Positions 19,590 to 27,654 of a stretch of DNA of 64,000 bases are shown one piece after another; within the stretch, counting starts at the first letter, position 1; the number at the start of each line of letters is the position of its first letter. The DNA is taken from IMG/VR virus record IMGVR_UViG_2061766007_000171; one strand, 5' to 3'. Under the pieces are notes generated by a model. It was not told the origin of the DNA. It did not search any database and was given only the letters and a program-made list of their open reading frames with translations. Source of the stretch: an uncultured virus (IMG/VR IMGVR_UViG_2061766007_000171) (Duplodnaviria > Heunggongvirae > Uroviricota > Caudoviricetes). The position numbers and the translations under genes are program-made.

Positions 19590-19765
19590 TCTTTCACTTC
19601 CTCTATCCTATAGGTCACACTGTCGATTGCATCCACGACATTCGAGGGCTGCATGTCCAGAATATCCCAGATGACCTCGGTCATGTCGTCGCATCTCAGA
19701 TCCAGCTGTTCGGTATCAGCAGTCAGCAGTTCGACCTCGAATGTTACCTTCACTCTCTTGCTCAT
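19586..19765 (-). CDS. hypothetical protein (59 aa, not in the ORF track)
   Basis: MSKRVKVTFEVELL...RIEEVKE; fills the gap with stop/start overlaps at both ends. Confidence 0.6.
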   Translation of the reverse strand: MSKRVKVTFEVELLTADTEQLDLRCDDMTEVIWDILDMQPSNVVDAIDSVTYRIEEVKE

Positions 19766-20619
19766 TCCTCCTCGCCTTCCATTTCAGACACCCTGTGCCT
19801 GCATGCTCTCATCCTTGGTTCATAAGCGTGCTGCCAGAACTCGGGCGGCTCGATGTTGTTGGCAATGTCGAACAATCTGTCACGTCTCCATGCGTGGATG
19901 TTCGGATCTCTGGATACGGCGTCCAGCCAGTCATAGACCAGTGCCTTGTTGATCAGATCCTTGTACTCATCCATCGTCAGATCCGGGTCTGCACACCAGA
20001 CCATCAGTTCACCGCAGGGGACACACCCTACGACCACTGAGCAACGGCGCATATCGCCCCCTACGATTACAGGGTTGTTGAAGATCGCCGACCTTACATA
20101 CACCTCGTGCTTACCGCAGATCGGACAATCTATGTTCAGCAATACGACGGTGTTCTCAAGTGCGTCATTCGTCCAACGGCGGTTATCTGTGATTTTCTCG
20201 ATGAAATCGATCTCTCCCTCCGCACCTTTTATCCACGTATCAAGGGTGACCGCGGACGCCTTATACCGGTCATAACCGAATGCCCTCCCTTTAGCGTAGC
20301 CTTCCTTGTTCTCTTTGATCATCCTCTCATATGCGTCACGCAGGACTTTCACATCTACACGGGCCTCGTCGATGTATTCGTTGGGGTATTCGCATCCGGT
20401 AGGATCGATGCGCCACGGCGGATGATCCTCGCTGAATGTGGGTTCTACGAACTCAAATCTCATCCCTTCCAACACGGTATGGCCGTCACTCTCTCTTATA
20501 CGGGCCGTGTAGGTATCATAGATCGAGTAATCTTCTGTATACGGATCCCAACCGCAATCATGAGCTATGTACATGCCATGCGGTTCGTGTATTCTTTTAG
20601 TGCAGATGTACCTGGTCAT
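19762..20619 (-). CDS. hypothetical protein with zinc ribbon
   Basis: Starts MTRYIC at a junction; CPIC...CVPC. Confidence 0.6.
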   Translation of the reverse strand: MTRYICTKRIHEPHGMYIAHDCGWDPYTEDYSIYDTYTARIRESDGHTVLEGMRFEFVEPTFSEDHPPWRIDPTGCEYPNEYIDEARVDVKVLRDAYERMIKENKEGYAKGRAFGYDRYKASAVTLDTWIKGAEGEIDFIEKITDNRRWTNDALENTVVLLNIDCPICGKHEVYVRSAIFNNPVIVGGDMRRCSVVVGCVPCGELMVWCADPDLTMDEYKDLINKALVYDWLDAVSRDPNIHAWRRDRLFDIANNIEPPEFWQHAYEPRMRACRHRVSEMEGEEE

Positions 20620-20744
20620 TCCTTCGCCTCCCATTTTTCGCATTTGTCCGTCTTCAACATCCCATCGTATGCTGATATATACGCATCGAAGAAGAACTTG
20701 AAATTAGGACACCTGTTCGGCGGCTCNNNNNNNNNNTACTTCGT

Positions 20745-20918
20745 TCATTCTTTTGCCTCCTTCATTTTCTTCCAGCACTTATCACAAAAGTGTTTCTCTC
20801 TTGTGTACATGGCTATGACGTCATCCCAACATTCTGTGTGCCAACCAAACGGAAGATAATGTCCATCCCTGGATTCCTCGGTTGTACCACATTTGTCACA
20901 TTTCACATATATGGTCAT
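20745..20918 (-). CDS. small zinc-finger protein
   Basis: CDKC...HFCDKC; junction motifs at both ends. Confidence 0.6.
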   Translation of the reverse strand: MTIYVKCDKCGTTEESRDGHYLPFGWHTECWDDVIAMYTREKHFCDKCWKKMKEAKE

Positions 20919-21073
20919 TCCTTCGCCTCCCATTTTTCGCATTCGTCTGTCTTCAACATCCCATCGTATGCTGACATATACGCATCGAAGAAGAACTTGA
21001 AATTAGGACACCTGTTCGGCGGCTCGAAGTTCATACTTTTAAATTTACAGCTGTCGCACGGGCATCCGGTCAT
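20915..21073 (-). CDS. small Cys-rich protein (52 aa); partial second copy at 20616-20726
   Basis: [11 protein letters not shown]...CEKWEAKE, junction to junction. Confidence 0.6.
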   Translation of the reverse strand: MTGCPCDSCKFKSMNFEPPNRCPNFKFFFDAYMSAYDGMLKTDECEKWEAKE

Positions 21074-21198
21074 TCCTTCACCTCTTCATATGTCTCGTCG
21101 AAGATGTCAGGCTTGCAGGGGTAGAACTCCCCTTTGACGCCTTTGATTATCCAATCCCCACAGTCGGCTGTCATCGTCCCTTCGAGTGTAGGGACGTG
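21070..21198 (-). CDS. 3' fragment of a homolog of 23296..23586, cut by the gap
   Basis: [39 protein letters not shown]. Confidence 0.65.
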   Translation of the reverse strand, partial: HVPTLEGTMTADCGDWIIKGVKGEFYPCKPDIFDETYEEVKE

Positions 21199-21234
21199 NN
21201 NNNNNNNNATGCACGATTGCGATGAATACTGTGG

Positions 21235-21687
21235 TCATTCCTTCTCCTCCTTGAACCTCTCATCCCATTCCAGGATCCATTTTGCCATCTGTACGGCACG
21301 TTCCCAATCGCATCTATCATCGAATGAACCTGTTGGATACGACGACCCGCTGGGCATTCCAATCATCACGCCGAACCAGGTATCATCGTTCCCGCAATAG
21401 TTCGGTGGATAATAGGATATCAGACAGGCATCCGTAAGGTAAGTGAATTCCCATGACGGCGGACGGGACCTGTCCATATCATCTATCCATTTTGCCAACT
21501 CTACCGCTTTGGACCAGTCCATATCCTCATATGCACTGATGTCGGGTGTGAACCCTTTCTGTTCAGCGTGTACCTCGTCGGTGCCGATATGTATGCCGAA
21601 CACAAACTCGCTGTCGGGATGTGTTCCCGTTGTTCCTCTTATGCTCATCTGAGTGTGTTCTGTCAGGTCGAATGTTGCGATGGTCAT
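21235..21687 (-). CDS. hypothetical protein with internal duplication
   Basis: DWSKAVELAKWI and DWERAVQMAKWI repeats. Confidence 0.6.
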   Translation of the reverse strand: MTIATFDLTEHTQMSIRGTTGTHPDSEFVFGIHIGTDEVHAEQKGFTPDISAYEDMDWSKAVELAKWIDDMDRSRPPSWEFTYLTDACLISYYPPNYCGNDDTWFGVMIGMPSGSSYPTGSFDDRCDWERAVQMAKWILEWDERFKEEKE

Positions 21688-21863
21688 TCCTTCACCCTCC
21701 TGTTCCAATCATTCACCATATCGACTGCCCCCCAGCTTTCATATTTGGTACAGCACATGCCGCACTTCGTACATTGGATTATGATGTAATCGCACTCAAC
21801 ACCCATCATTTCACGGAATCCTACTTTTCCTCCGCAGAACGGACACGGTTTCAACTCGATCAT
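21684..21863 (-). CDS. Lar-family (restriction alleviation-like) Zn-ribbon protein (59 aa, not in the ORF track)
   Basis: ELKPCPFCGG...IQCTKCG...WNRR signature. Confidence 0.75.
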   Translation of the reverse strand: MIELKPCPFCGGKVGFREMMGVECDYIIIQCTKCGMCCTKYESWGAVDMVNDWNRRVKE

Positions 21864-21867
21864 TCCT

Positions 21868-22104
21868 TCACACCCCCATGACGGATAATGTCCACATCAA
21901 CACGATGAACGTCATTGCACAGAGTACTACAATTACCAGTCCGGCGATCGCATACTCTTCCAGATCGGGTGTGTTGATCTTATTGCCGAACCTTGTATTG
22001 TCCTTGATCAACCCGTGTGCGAACACCCATAGGGATACAACGAATGCCCATATCAGCACCACCAGACCTGCATTGAAGAACGGTTCGAGTGTCTCGGAGA
22101 TCAT
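21868..22104 (-). CDS. small 2-TM membrane protein
   Basis: Two hydrophobic helices; starts right after the gap. Confidence 0.55.
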   Translation of the reverse strand: MISETLEPFFNAGLVVLIWAFVVSLWVFAHGLIKDNTRFGNKINTPDLEEYAIAGLVIVVLCAMTFIVLMWTLSVMGV

Positions 22105-22133
22105 TCNNNNNNNNNNTGCAATGAATACTGTGA

Positions 22134-22385
22134 TCATCCCTTCACCCTCTTGATCATCTCGTTATAGACAAAAAGTGCAGAATCGATGCCTTTCATTATC
22201 CTCCCACACTCGGCCATCTCTTCTATAAGACTACTTGCCAATCTATCCACATCAGTAAGGGTCTTGAAGAACGTCTTCAGCATTTCACCCTCCTCATCTG
22301 TATCGGCGTCGATCTTCACTTGGATCTTAAGTCCTCTGTCACACGGACTTTGAACTGATTCCCAATCTGTTATAGTAATGGTCAT
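22134..22385 (-). CDS. hypothetical protein
   Basis: 83 aa tiling the array. Confidence 0.55.
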   Translation of the reverse strand: MTITITDWESVQSPCDRGLKIQVKIDADTDEEGEMLKTFFKTLTDVDRLASSLIEEMAECGRIMKGIDSALFVYNEMIKRVKG

Positions 22386-22549
22386 TTCCTCACCACCCTC
22401 CTATTGTCCCACCATTCGAAAATCCCGATTATCGAACATACCACAATAGCCACTCCTATGCCAATTCCGAGACCTATCAGAGCAATCGTCAGTTCGCCTA
22501 ACCACTGTCCGACAGCGAAATTGAAACCATCCTCTATTTCGAGACTCAT
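22382..22549 (-). CDS. small membrane protein (55 aa, not in the ORF track)
   Basis: MSLEIEDG...LTIALIGLGIGIGVAIVVCSIIGIF; ATGA overlaps at both ends. Confidence 0.6.
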   Translation of the reverse strand: MSLEIEDGFNFAVGQWLGELTIALIGLGIGIGVAIVVCSIIGIFEWWDNRRVVRK

Positions 22550-22833
22550 TCTTCTCTCTCCTGTATCTGATAAACGGCTTCGAGGTAGATATTGGTCGAT
22601 GCCAATAACTCCGATAATCTTGTATAGAATCTCTTACGTTGTTCTATCTCTTCTGGTGTAGGCTCACGATATACCACGGCTGGAACCCACACTTCTCCAT
22701 CGAATCTCATTATGTCCGTATCGATATGGTGACATTTCGGACATTTCAGGTAAAATTCATCCCTGGGGTGTTCTTCCCAATGGATGATGTCTTCACCCTC
22801 CCAACCGCAGTGATTACAATAGTATCTTGTCAT
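22546..22833 (-). CDS. zinc-ribbon protein
   Basis: CNHC...CPKC. Confidence 0.6.
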   Translation of the reverse strand: MTRYYCNHCGWEGEDIIHWEEHPRDEFYLKCPKCHHIDTDIMRFDGEVWVPAVVYREPTPEEIEQRKRFYTRLSELLASTNIYLEAVYQIQEREE

Positions 22834-23015
22834 TCCTTCGCCTCCCAATACGGTCTGCAGACTTCGAAGAGGTAATTCATACATCTCCTATCCAAATATC
22901 TCCAACGACCCTCGTTGATGATATTCGGGCACCTTACGGCATCTGCGATGCTTTGGTATGTCCTGTCCTTGGAATGGATATACTCCTTGAACCTCAGTCT
23001 GTTGATCCTGGTCAT
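22830..23015 (-). CDS. hypothetical protein
   Basis: 61 aa, junction to junction. Confidence 0.55.
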   Translation of the reverse strand: MTRINRLRFKEYIHSKDRTYQSIADAVRCPNIINEGRWRYLDRRCMNYLFEVCRPYWEAKE

Positions 23016-23299
23016 TCCTTCACCCTCTTGATGCCTAATGCCACATACCCTTCGCTTATTCCATCGAACTCGTCGTGTGTGAGTATGTATGTCACTGCGA
23101 CCTTAACTTCATAATCGAGGTTCATCCCAAGATCATGGTTAGGATACGTTAGGCGTTTACCGTCATCATTCACCTCTTTCAATACGAGTGTATCTCCGAC
23201 CTTGTAATCCCTGTCGTTCTTGCGTATCTCGAATGTCTTGATGCCGTTGGCTACGGCATCGAAATATCTCTCGTTTAGTTTCAGTATATGTTCAGTCAT
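23012..23299 (-). CDS. ASCH/PUA-like DUF3850 protein
   Basis: HILK...YFDAVANGIKTFEIRKNDRDYKVGDTLVLKE...GYVALGI. Confidence 0.85.
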   Translation of the reverse strand: MTEHILKLNERYFDAVANGIKTFEIRKNDRDYKVGDTLVLKEVNDDGKRLTYPNHDLGMNLDYEVKVAVTYILTHDEFDGISEGYVALGIKRVKE

Positions 23300-23586
23300 T
23301 CCTTCACCTCTTCATATGTCTCGTCGAAGATGTCTGGTTTACAGGGGTAGAACTCCCCCTTGACACCTTTGATGATCCAATCCCCTTTGATCACTTTCAT
23401 TTCCCCTTCGAGAGTCTTCAATATGATGTATTTCTCACTGCCAAGGACTTTACCCTCATCAGACAAGGTTGTATGCAATCCAACGTCAACCTTCTGTCCT
23501 TTCAGGAAATTGGCAATTTCATCATCGATTTCGCCTGTGAACTGCACAGCCTCTATCTCTATGGGCTTCTTTCTGTATCTGGTCAT
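23296..23586 (-). CDS. conserved phage protein (YRKKP...TLEG...GDWII...YPCKPDIF family)
   Basis: Widespread small phage protein signature. Confidence 0.8.
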   Translation of the reverse strand: MTRYRKKPIEIEAVQFTGEIDDEIANFLKGQKVDVGLHTTLSDEGKVLGSEKYIILKTLEGEMKVIKGDWIIKGVKGEFYPCKPDIFDETYEEVKE

Positions 23587-23840
23587 TCCTTTTCCTCCGC
23601 GAGCATTGCTTTGACTTTTTCTTTGTTCTTTTCTCTTTCAAAGTATTTACGCTCATACCATTCATCGATCATATTGGTCATCGACTGGGAGCATCCAAAA
23701 CAGAGACACAATTTGTCCTTCTTGATGCAGCCGTCCGGTCCCGACATCTTCACCTTGAATTTATATGGTGCATAATTGTATGGCAACAGCTTGCCGCATG
23801 CATCGCACTGAAATCCTTCAAATGTCACTTTCTTCTTCAT
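23583..23840 (-). CDS. zinc-finger protein
   Basis: CDACG...LCFGC. Confidence 0.6.
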   Translation of the reverse strand: MKKKVTFEGFQCDACGKLLPYNYAPYKFKVKMSGPDGCIKKDKLCLCFGCSQSMTNMIDEWYERKYFEREKNKEKVKAMLAEEKE

Positions 23841-24034
23841 TCTTTCACCTCTTCGATCACGAACCTCAGATATTCTATCCTGAATGCACTGCGGCATTCT
23901 GTACAGAGCATCTCTGCGCTCGTACCTGTAGGGTTCACCGTTCTGCAGATCGTTCCGCACTGCGGGCAGATGCATGTGTATCCCTCCCCCGAACGTTCCA
24001 TCCAGACCGGTGGGAGTTTGAAGTTTATGGTCAT
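23837..24034 (-). CDS. zinc-ribbon protein
   Basis: CPQC...CTEC. Confidence 0.6.
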   Translation of the reverse strand: MTINFKLPPVWMERSGEGYTCICPQCGTICRTVNPTGTSAEMLCTECRSAFRIEYLRFVIEEVKE

Positions 24035-24261
24035 TCCTTCTCCTCCTCAGTCAGGAGTATCTCATCCCTGATCTCGATACGTGCGTGCGCTCCCTTCTCG
24101 TATCCGCCAATTGTCTGCATCCATTCTGTCTTCTTCTGACACAATGGCAATGCACCCTCCATGGCAGCCTCGTATGTGTCACCTACACACGCGATCTCTG
24201 AGTGAGGAAAATCATGCATATCCCACATCGAGCCTCCGCGTATCTCTGTCCAGTGCACGAT
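24031..24261 (-). CDS. hypothetical protein, 3' part; 5' stubs MTTVFIAIVH / MITVFIA are found at 21209-21238 and 22117-22137
   Basis: IVH overlap between the fragments across gaps. Confidence 0.5.
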   Translation of the reverse strand: MVHWTEIRGGSMWDMHDFPHSEIACVGDTYEAAMEGALPLCQKKTEWMQTIGGYEKGAHARIEIRDEILLTEEEKE

Positions 24262-24271
24262 NNNNNNNNNN

Positions 24272-24435
24272 TTCTTCCTATGTGATTTTGCGACTTCCAT
24301 CCCGTAGTACCTACACATCGGATGCACCATGATCGGGTCTGAATCCTCATCACCCAAATATTCATAGATCCTGCAATGCGAAGTCGTCTTGTCATCATGA
24401 TACCAACAAGACTGGACAGTACAGCCCATTATCAT
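24272..24435 (-). CDS. Cys-rich hypothetical protein, 5' part, cut by the gap
   Basis: MIMGCTVQSCWYH starts at a junction motif. Confidence 0.45.
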
Positions 24436-24755
24436 TCCTTCGCCTCCCACTTCGTTGGCGGATCCTCGATGCCGGTATCGGCATGGAACCACACTTCACA
24501 ACCCTTGCATCTGACGTCCTCAGCCTGCTGTTCTCCGTCGTGCTTGCATGAGAAGCACTCCTTGACAAGGCCGAGAGGGCAGTCCTCTGCGATGCCCTCC
24601 ATCCCCCAAAAACGCGATTTTTCTAATTTACTCGGGTTCTCTGGGTATTGACAGTGGTCACCGTATCCTTCATCACCCCAGTCATAGAATGGACAGAACT
24701 CACACGATGTTATGAGGTAGTCCTTTCCGTCGATGTTCACTGATTTGATCATCAT
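24432..24755 (-). CDS. Cys-rich protein
   Basis: SCEFCPF...DCPL...CFSCKH...CKGC; ends KWEAKE. Confidence 0.6.
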   Translation of the reverse strand: MMIKSVNIDGKDYLITSCEFCPFYDWGDEGYGDHCQYPENPSKLEKSRFWGMEGIAEDCPLGLVKECFSCKHDGEQQAEDVRCKGCEVWFHADTGIEDPPTKWEAKE

Positions 24756-25180
24756 ACCACCTTGTTTGCCTGTACGTAGCATATAGACTCGTAGGGGATG
24801 TATGTCGTCGATGTGATCGTGTCCTCTTTGGATGAGGTGATCCTATGCCATTCCAAGGCCAAACAGCTTTCTTTAACATATACTCTGGCGTAATTGGTCT
24901 CTGGGGATGACTGGGATACGTAGATGGTCGTGGAATATTCTGAGCCTATGGTCTTGATGTATCCGCAAGTACCATTGTATCCTTTGTCAAGATAATAGTC
25001 AGTGTCCTTGTTCACCTGATCCGCGAAATCATCCCATGCGGCCCTATCATCGTGTGTACTGCTGACGAAACATGTTATTCCGAGAAGTGCCAACAGAATG
25101 ACGAGTGTCACCGCACACACTATAAGGACGTGGTCCTCCAGCCATTCCTCCAAATTCTCTAATCTGCCCATCTCACTCAC
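24752..25180 (-). CDS. membrane-anchored protein
   Basis: One N-terminal hydrophobic helix followed by a soluble domain. Confidence 0.55.
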   Translation of the reverse strand: MSEMGRLENLEEWLEDHVLIVCAVTLVILLALLGITCFVSSTHDDRAAWDDFADQVNKDTDYYLDKGYNGTCGYIKTIGSEYSTTIYVSQSSPETNYARVYVKESCLALEWHRITSSKEDTITSTTYIPYESICYVQANKVV

Positions 25181-25367
25181 TCCTTGTTTCGTCCAGCTGT
25201 ATCAGCGACTCGTTGAGCACCTTGTTGTACTCTTTACCCGCGTCTGCTATCATCGCCTCAGTGAACTCGCATGCTGTGCATGCGAAGAAATGCCATCTCG
25301 CAAGACATCCGAGGCATTCTGCCTTCGGGAGATCTAACTCCCCGTACCTTGTATTGACTTTCATCAT
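25173..25367 (-). CDS. small Cys-containing protein, first gene of the array
   Basis: CLGC...CTAC; TATATA run upstream. Confidence 0.5.
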   Translation of the reverse strand: MMKVNTRYGELDLPKAECLGCLARWHFFACTACEFTEAMIADAGKEYNKVLNESLIQLDETRSE

Positions 25368-25415
25368 ATACGCTCCGTGTCCTTAATGCGTATATGGAGT
25401 ATACACTATATATAT

Positions 25416-25616
25416 CTACCGTATCTCTTCAAGCAGCCCGTTGTAGATCTCTTTGGTCATATACAGCCACCAAAGGAGTGCTGCCCATGCCGGCAGCTGA
25501 ACGAGGATGATGAGCCAGCGGATGCTGCATATCGCAGTCAGTACGATGACGAAGAAGCAAGTGATCATGACGGGGAGCGTCATGTAGAGGAATTCGATGA
25601 TCTTAGCTTTGTCCAT
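25416..25616 (-). CDS. small 2-TM membrane protein
   Basis: Hydrophobic 66-aa ORF. Confidence 0.45.
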   Translation of the reverse strand: MDKAKIIEFLYMTLPVMITCFFVIVLTAICSIRWLIILVQLPAWAALLWWLYMTKEIYNGLLEEIR

Positions 25617-25651
25617 AAAAAGAGATATATTAAGTGGTTTAAAAAGGTTGA

Positions 25652-26125
25652 TCAAACCGTGACACAGATGGTCGCACCACTGACCTTATTCCATGTCGCA
25701 CCATCGTAGACATAAACTTCTCCGGTGGAGGCGTCGATGTAGAAATATCCGAGAGCGGCTTCGGCGATCATCGCGGTCTTGTTACCATTTCCGATGAAGG
25801 TCTTGCGATAATACTGCTCTGAGACCAATACAGGAACGGTCGAGATAGTCAACGTCACATTACTGCCGATCTGCGCCTGTGTCTCAGTATTCTTGACTGT
25901 GATCGTGGCAGTGGTCGATGATACAGGGATATCCGTAGACGCCGAGGCGGTCGCTGTAGCGGGGACGATCGTGGTGCCATCCTTTGCCACTGCTTCGTAT
26001 CCGGTGATGGTCGCTCCTCTGAGCGAATAAGGCACCGCAACGGTGGCCGCATTGCTTGATACGGTGCCGGAGGTGTACTTCGCACCGTTGACTATGATCG
26101 TAATCGTTTCAACAGCTGCTGTCAT
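25652..26125 (-). CDS. Ig-like Thr/Ala-rich virion-type protein
   Basis: Beta-rich; C-terminal YFYIDASTGEVYVYDGATW; TTAAATA 22 nt upstream. Confidence 0.55.
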   Translation of the reverse strand: MTAAVETITIIVNGAKYTSGTVSSNAATVAVPYSLRGATITGYEAVAKDGTTIVPATATASASTDIPVSSTTATITVKNTETQAQIGSNVTLTISTVPVLVSEQYYRKTFIGNGNKTAMIAEAALGYFYIDASTGEVYVYDGATWNKVSGATICVTV

Positions 26126-26333
26126 GATATCATCGATGCGGTGTGAGTATTTAAGAACAATATATCAAATACCCGTCACGTGCCTGATGATACTGCGCAA
26201 TCTTCCGATACTATCATTCAGCACCCATGATCTCATAGATCGAATCGTATCGTTCATTCTTAAATAGATTATCGGACATTACATATTATGCAGTGTCCCA
26301 CCAACGTATCAACCAAATAATCAAACCGACTAT

Positions 26334-26693
26334 TCAATTTACAGGGTATGAAACATTTAATTCATAATAACAACTTGTACCGCTTAAACTCCACGGGGAT
26401 TGTACGGCTCCTGTACTGTGTAACTGAATTGGGAAATTTCCAATACTTGCCGTTAAAGACACGGCTGCAGTGAATAGATAGGCTGATATGGGTCTTGCAT
26501 TGCTCGGTAATGTAAATAATCGAGTATATCCTGCTATGCTGCCCGATCCTCCCCAAAGCAATTCAATGTTGATATATGCCACTCCGTCCTTAACGTATGA
26601 TCCGTTTTGTGTTATTGTCAACCCAGACACTTCACTTGTGAGTGTAATGAATTGTGATGTTCCACTACCAATCGAATTTGTACTACCCTTCAT
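26334..26693 (-). CDS. receptor-tip-like cassette E (MKGSTNS...)
   Basis: YVKDGVAYINI...LFTLPSNARP...NVSYPV resembles C-terminal tip domains of phage fibres; GGAGG SD. Confidence 0.65.
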   Translation of the reverse strand: MKGSTNSIGSGTSQFITLTSEVSGLTITQNGSYVKDGVAYINIELLWGGSGSIAGYTRLFTLPSNARPISAYLFTAAVSLTASIGNFPIQLHSTGAVQSPWSLSGTSCYYELNVSYPVN

Positions 26694-26788
26694 CTTCTCG
26701 TCCTCCTGAGAAGATTGATGACCACTCCTGATTGGTTGTATAATATGACAGGTTGGTCCTTGGCAGTGGAGTTGGTCGCACCTTTCAT
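26690..26788 (-). pseudogene. truncated cassette D, MKGATNSTAKDQPVILYNQSGVVINLLRRTRR (32 aa)
   Basis: Same N-terminal motif; its stop overlaps the ATG of the next cassette. Confidence 0.55.
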
Positions 26789-26804
26789 GCGACCGCCCCC
26801 GCAA

Positions 26805-27149
26805 TCACACAGTGGTTATGACCACCATCCAAGTCCAATCTGTTGCAACAGGTGTGAGTTGTGATGTCACCCAAGTACCTATCGTGAATGAGGTCGCGGT
26901 TCTGTTGAATACACGCGCTTGCACATCCGCCCACCCATAACCTGAGTTGATGCGGGAGATGACAGGCAGATAAGCGTCTGGGTTCTGTGCGGTCTTGGGA
27001 AGTGTGATAATTGCGCTCACTTCTTGATTTGGAGTGGGTTGTATGGATACAAATCCCCAACACAGCCAAGTCTTTGCACCTATCTGCATCGCAGTTCCTT
27101 GTGGTGCTGGCATCGTGTACTTCTGCTGAGAGTTGGTGCTTCCCTTCAC
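26805..27149 (-). CDS. receptor-tip-like cassette C (MKGSTNS...), H-type-lectin/gp53-like beta sandwich
   Basis: WLCWG...ITLP...RTATSFTI...WTWMVV pattern. Confidence 0.6.
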   Translation of the reverse strand: MKGSTNSQQKYTMPAPQGTAMQIGAKTWLCWGFVSIQPTPNQEVSAIITLPKTAQNPDAYLPVISRINSGYGWADVQARVFNRTATSFTIGTWVTSQLTPVATDWTWMVVITTV

Positions 27150-27201
27150 GGGTCAGCACCCCCTTAATCTTCTCGCGAATACGTGCCAGAGGGCTTTTAG
27201 T

Positions 27202-27209
27202 CCCCCCCC
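27202..27209 (-). repeat. G8 homopolymer in a short leader ORF starting at 27225
   Basis: cccccccc on the + strand. Confidence 0.85.
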
Positions 27210-27300
27210 ATATTGTGAAAATCATAGTTGCTAATTGACGTGTTGTTATTTAAGAGATTGCCGTTACCTTATGGATCTAAGAAGATAGTCAATCAATGAT

Positions 27301-27326
27301 TAAAGAAAAGAAGAAGAGAGAAAGGG
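27301..27326 (-). terminator. pyrimidine/T-rich terminator-like tract after cassette B
   Basis: CCCTTTCTCTCTTCTTCTTTTCTTT immediately after the stop. Confidence 0.45.
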
Positions 27327-27327
27327 T

Positions 27328-27654
27328 TTATTGGTTCGTAAGATATGATACTGAGCCAATGTAATTGCTATCATTTGCGACTACTGTCAGATTGAGGGCC
27401 GTACCCTCAGCTGCTAAGAGACGTGCTTGATTGGTTGTTGTCTCAAGGATTGCGTTATATGAGTACATTGTGGGTGTAAAAGGCAGGGTGGCTATCTTTC
27501 TAACACCTGCTGATACAGGATGATAGTTTACTATATTAATAATAACCAATCTTCCGAATTTTCTATAATTGATTGTACCGCTTCCTTCAGCAACTGCGAT
27601 ACCGCCCGATAAGGCATCAGGAGGTATAGACTGTGAATTTGTACTGCTTTTCAT
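27328..27654 (-). CDS. receptor-tip-like cassette B (MKSSTNS...)
   Basis: INYRKFGRLVIINI...IATLPFTP...GSVSYL, a fibre tip-like pattern. Confidence 0.65.
   Translation of the reverse strand: MKSSTNSQSIPPDALSGGIAVAEGSGTINYRKFGRLVIINIVNYHPVSAGVRKIATLPFTPTMYSYNAILETTTNQARLLAAEGTALNLTVVANDSNYIGSVSYLTNQ

Larger units (their letters stand above)
18671..24441 (-). repeat. dispersed gene-junction repeat GAAGGAATGA (13 exact copies; extended consensus about GGAGGYGAAGGAATGAYC)
   Basis: tcattccttc on + begins at 18671, 18864, 20616, 20915, 21070, 21235, 21684, 21860, 22830, 23012, 23296, 24031 and 24432; variants at 19586, 19762, 20745, 22134, 22382, 22546, 23583 and 23837. Confidence 0.9.

Noticed and set aside
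20619..20643. Shared N-terminal leader peptide [10 protein letters not shown] on several array ORFs
   Set aside because: It is the junction motif and upstream gene end read in another frame; true starts are the ATG in GAAGGAATGA.
18671..24441. Junction repeats as a CRISPR array or attC sites
   Set aside because: Repeats are only 10-18 bp and non-palindromic, spacing is irregular and the spacers are whole ORFs; no cas or integrase gene.
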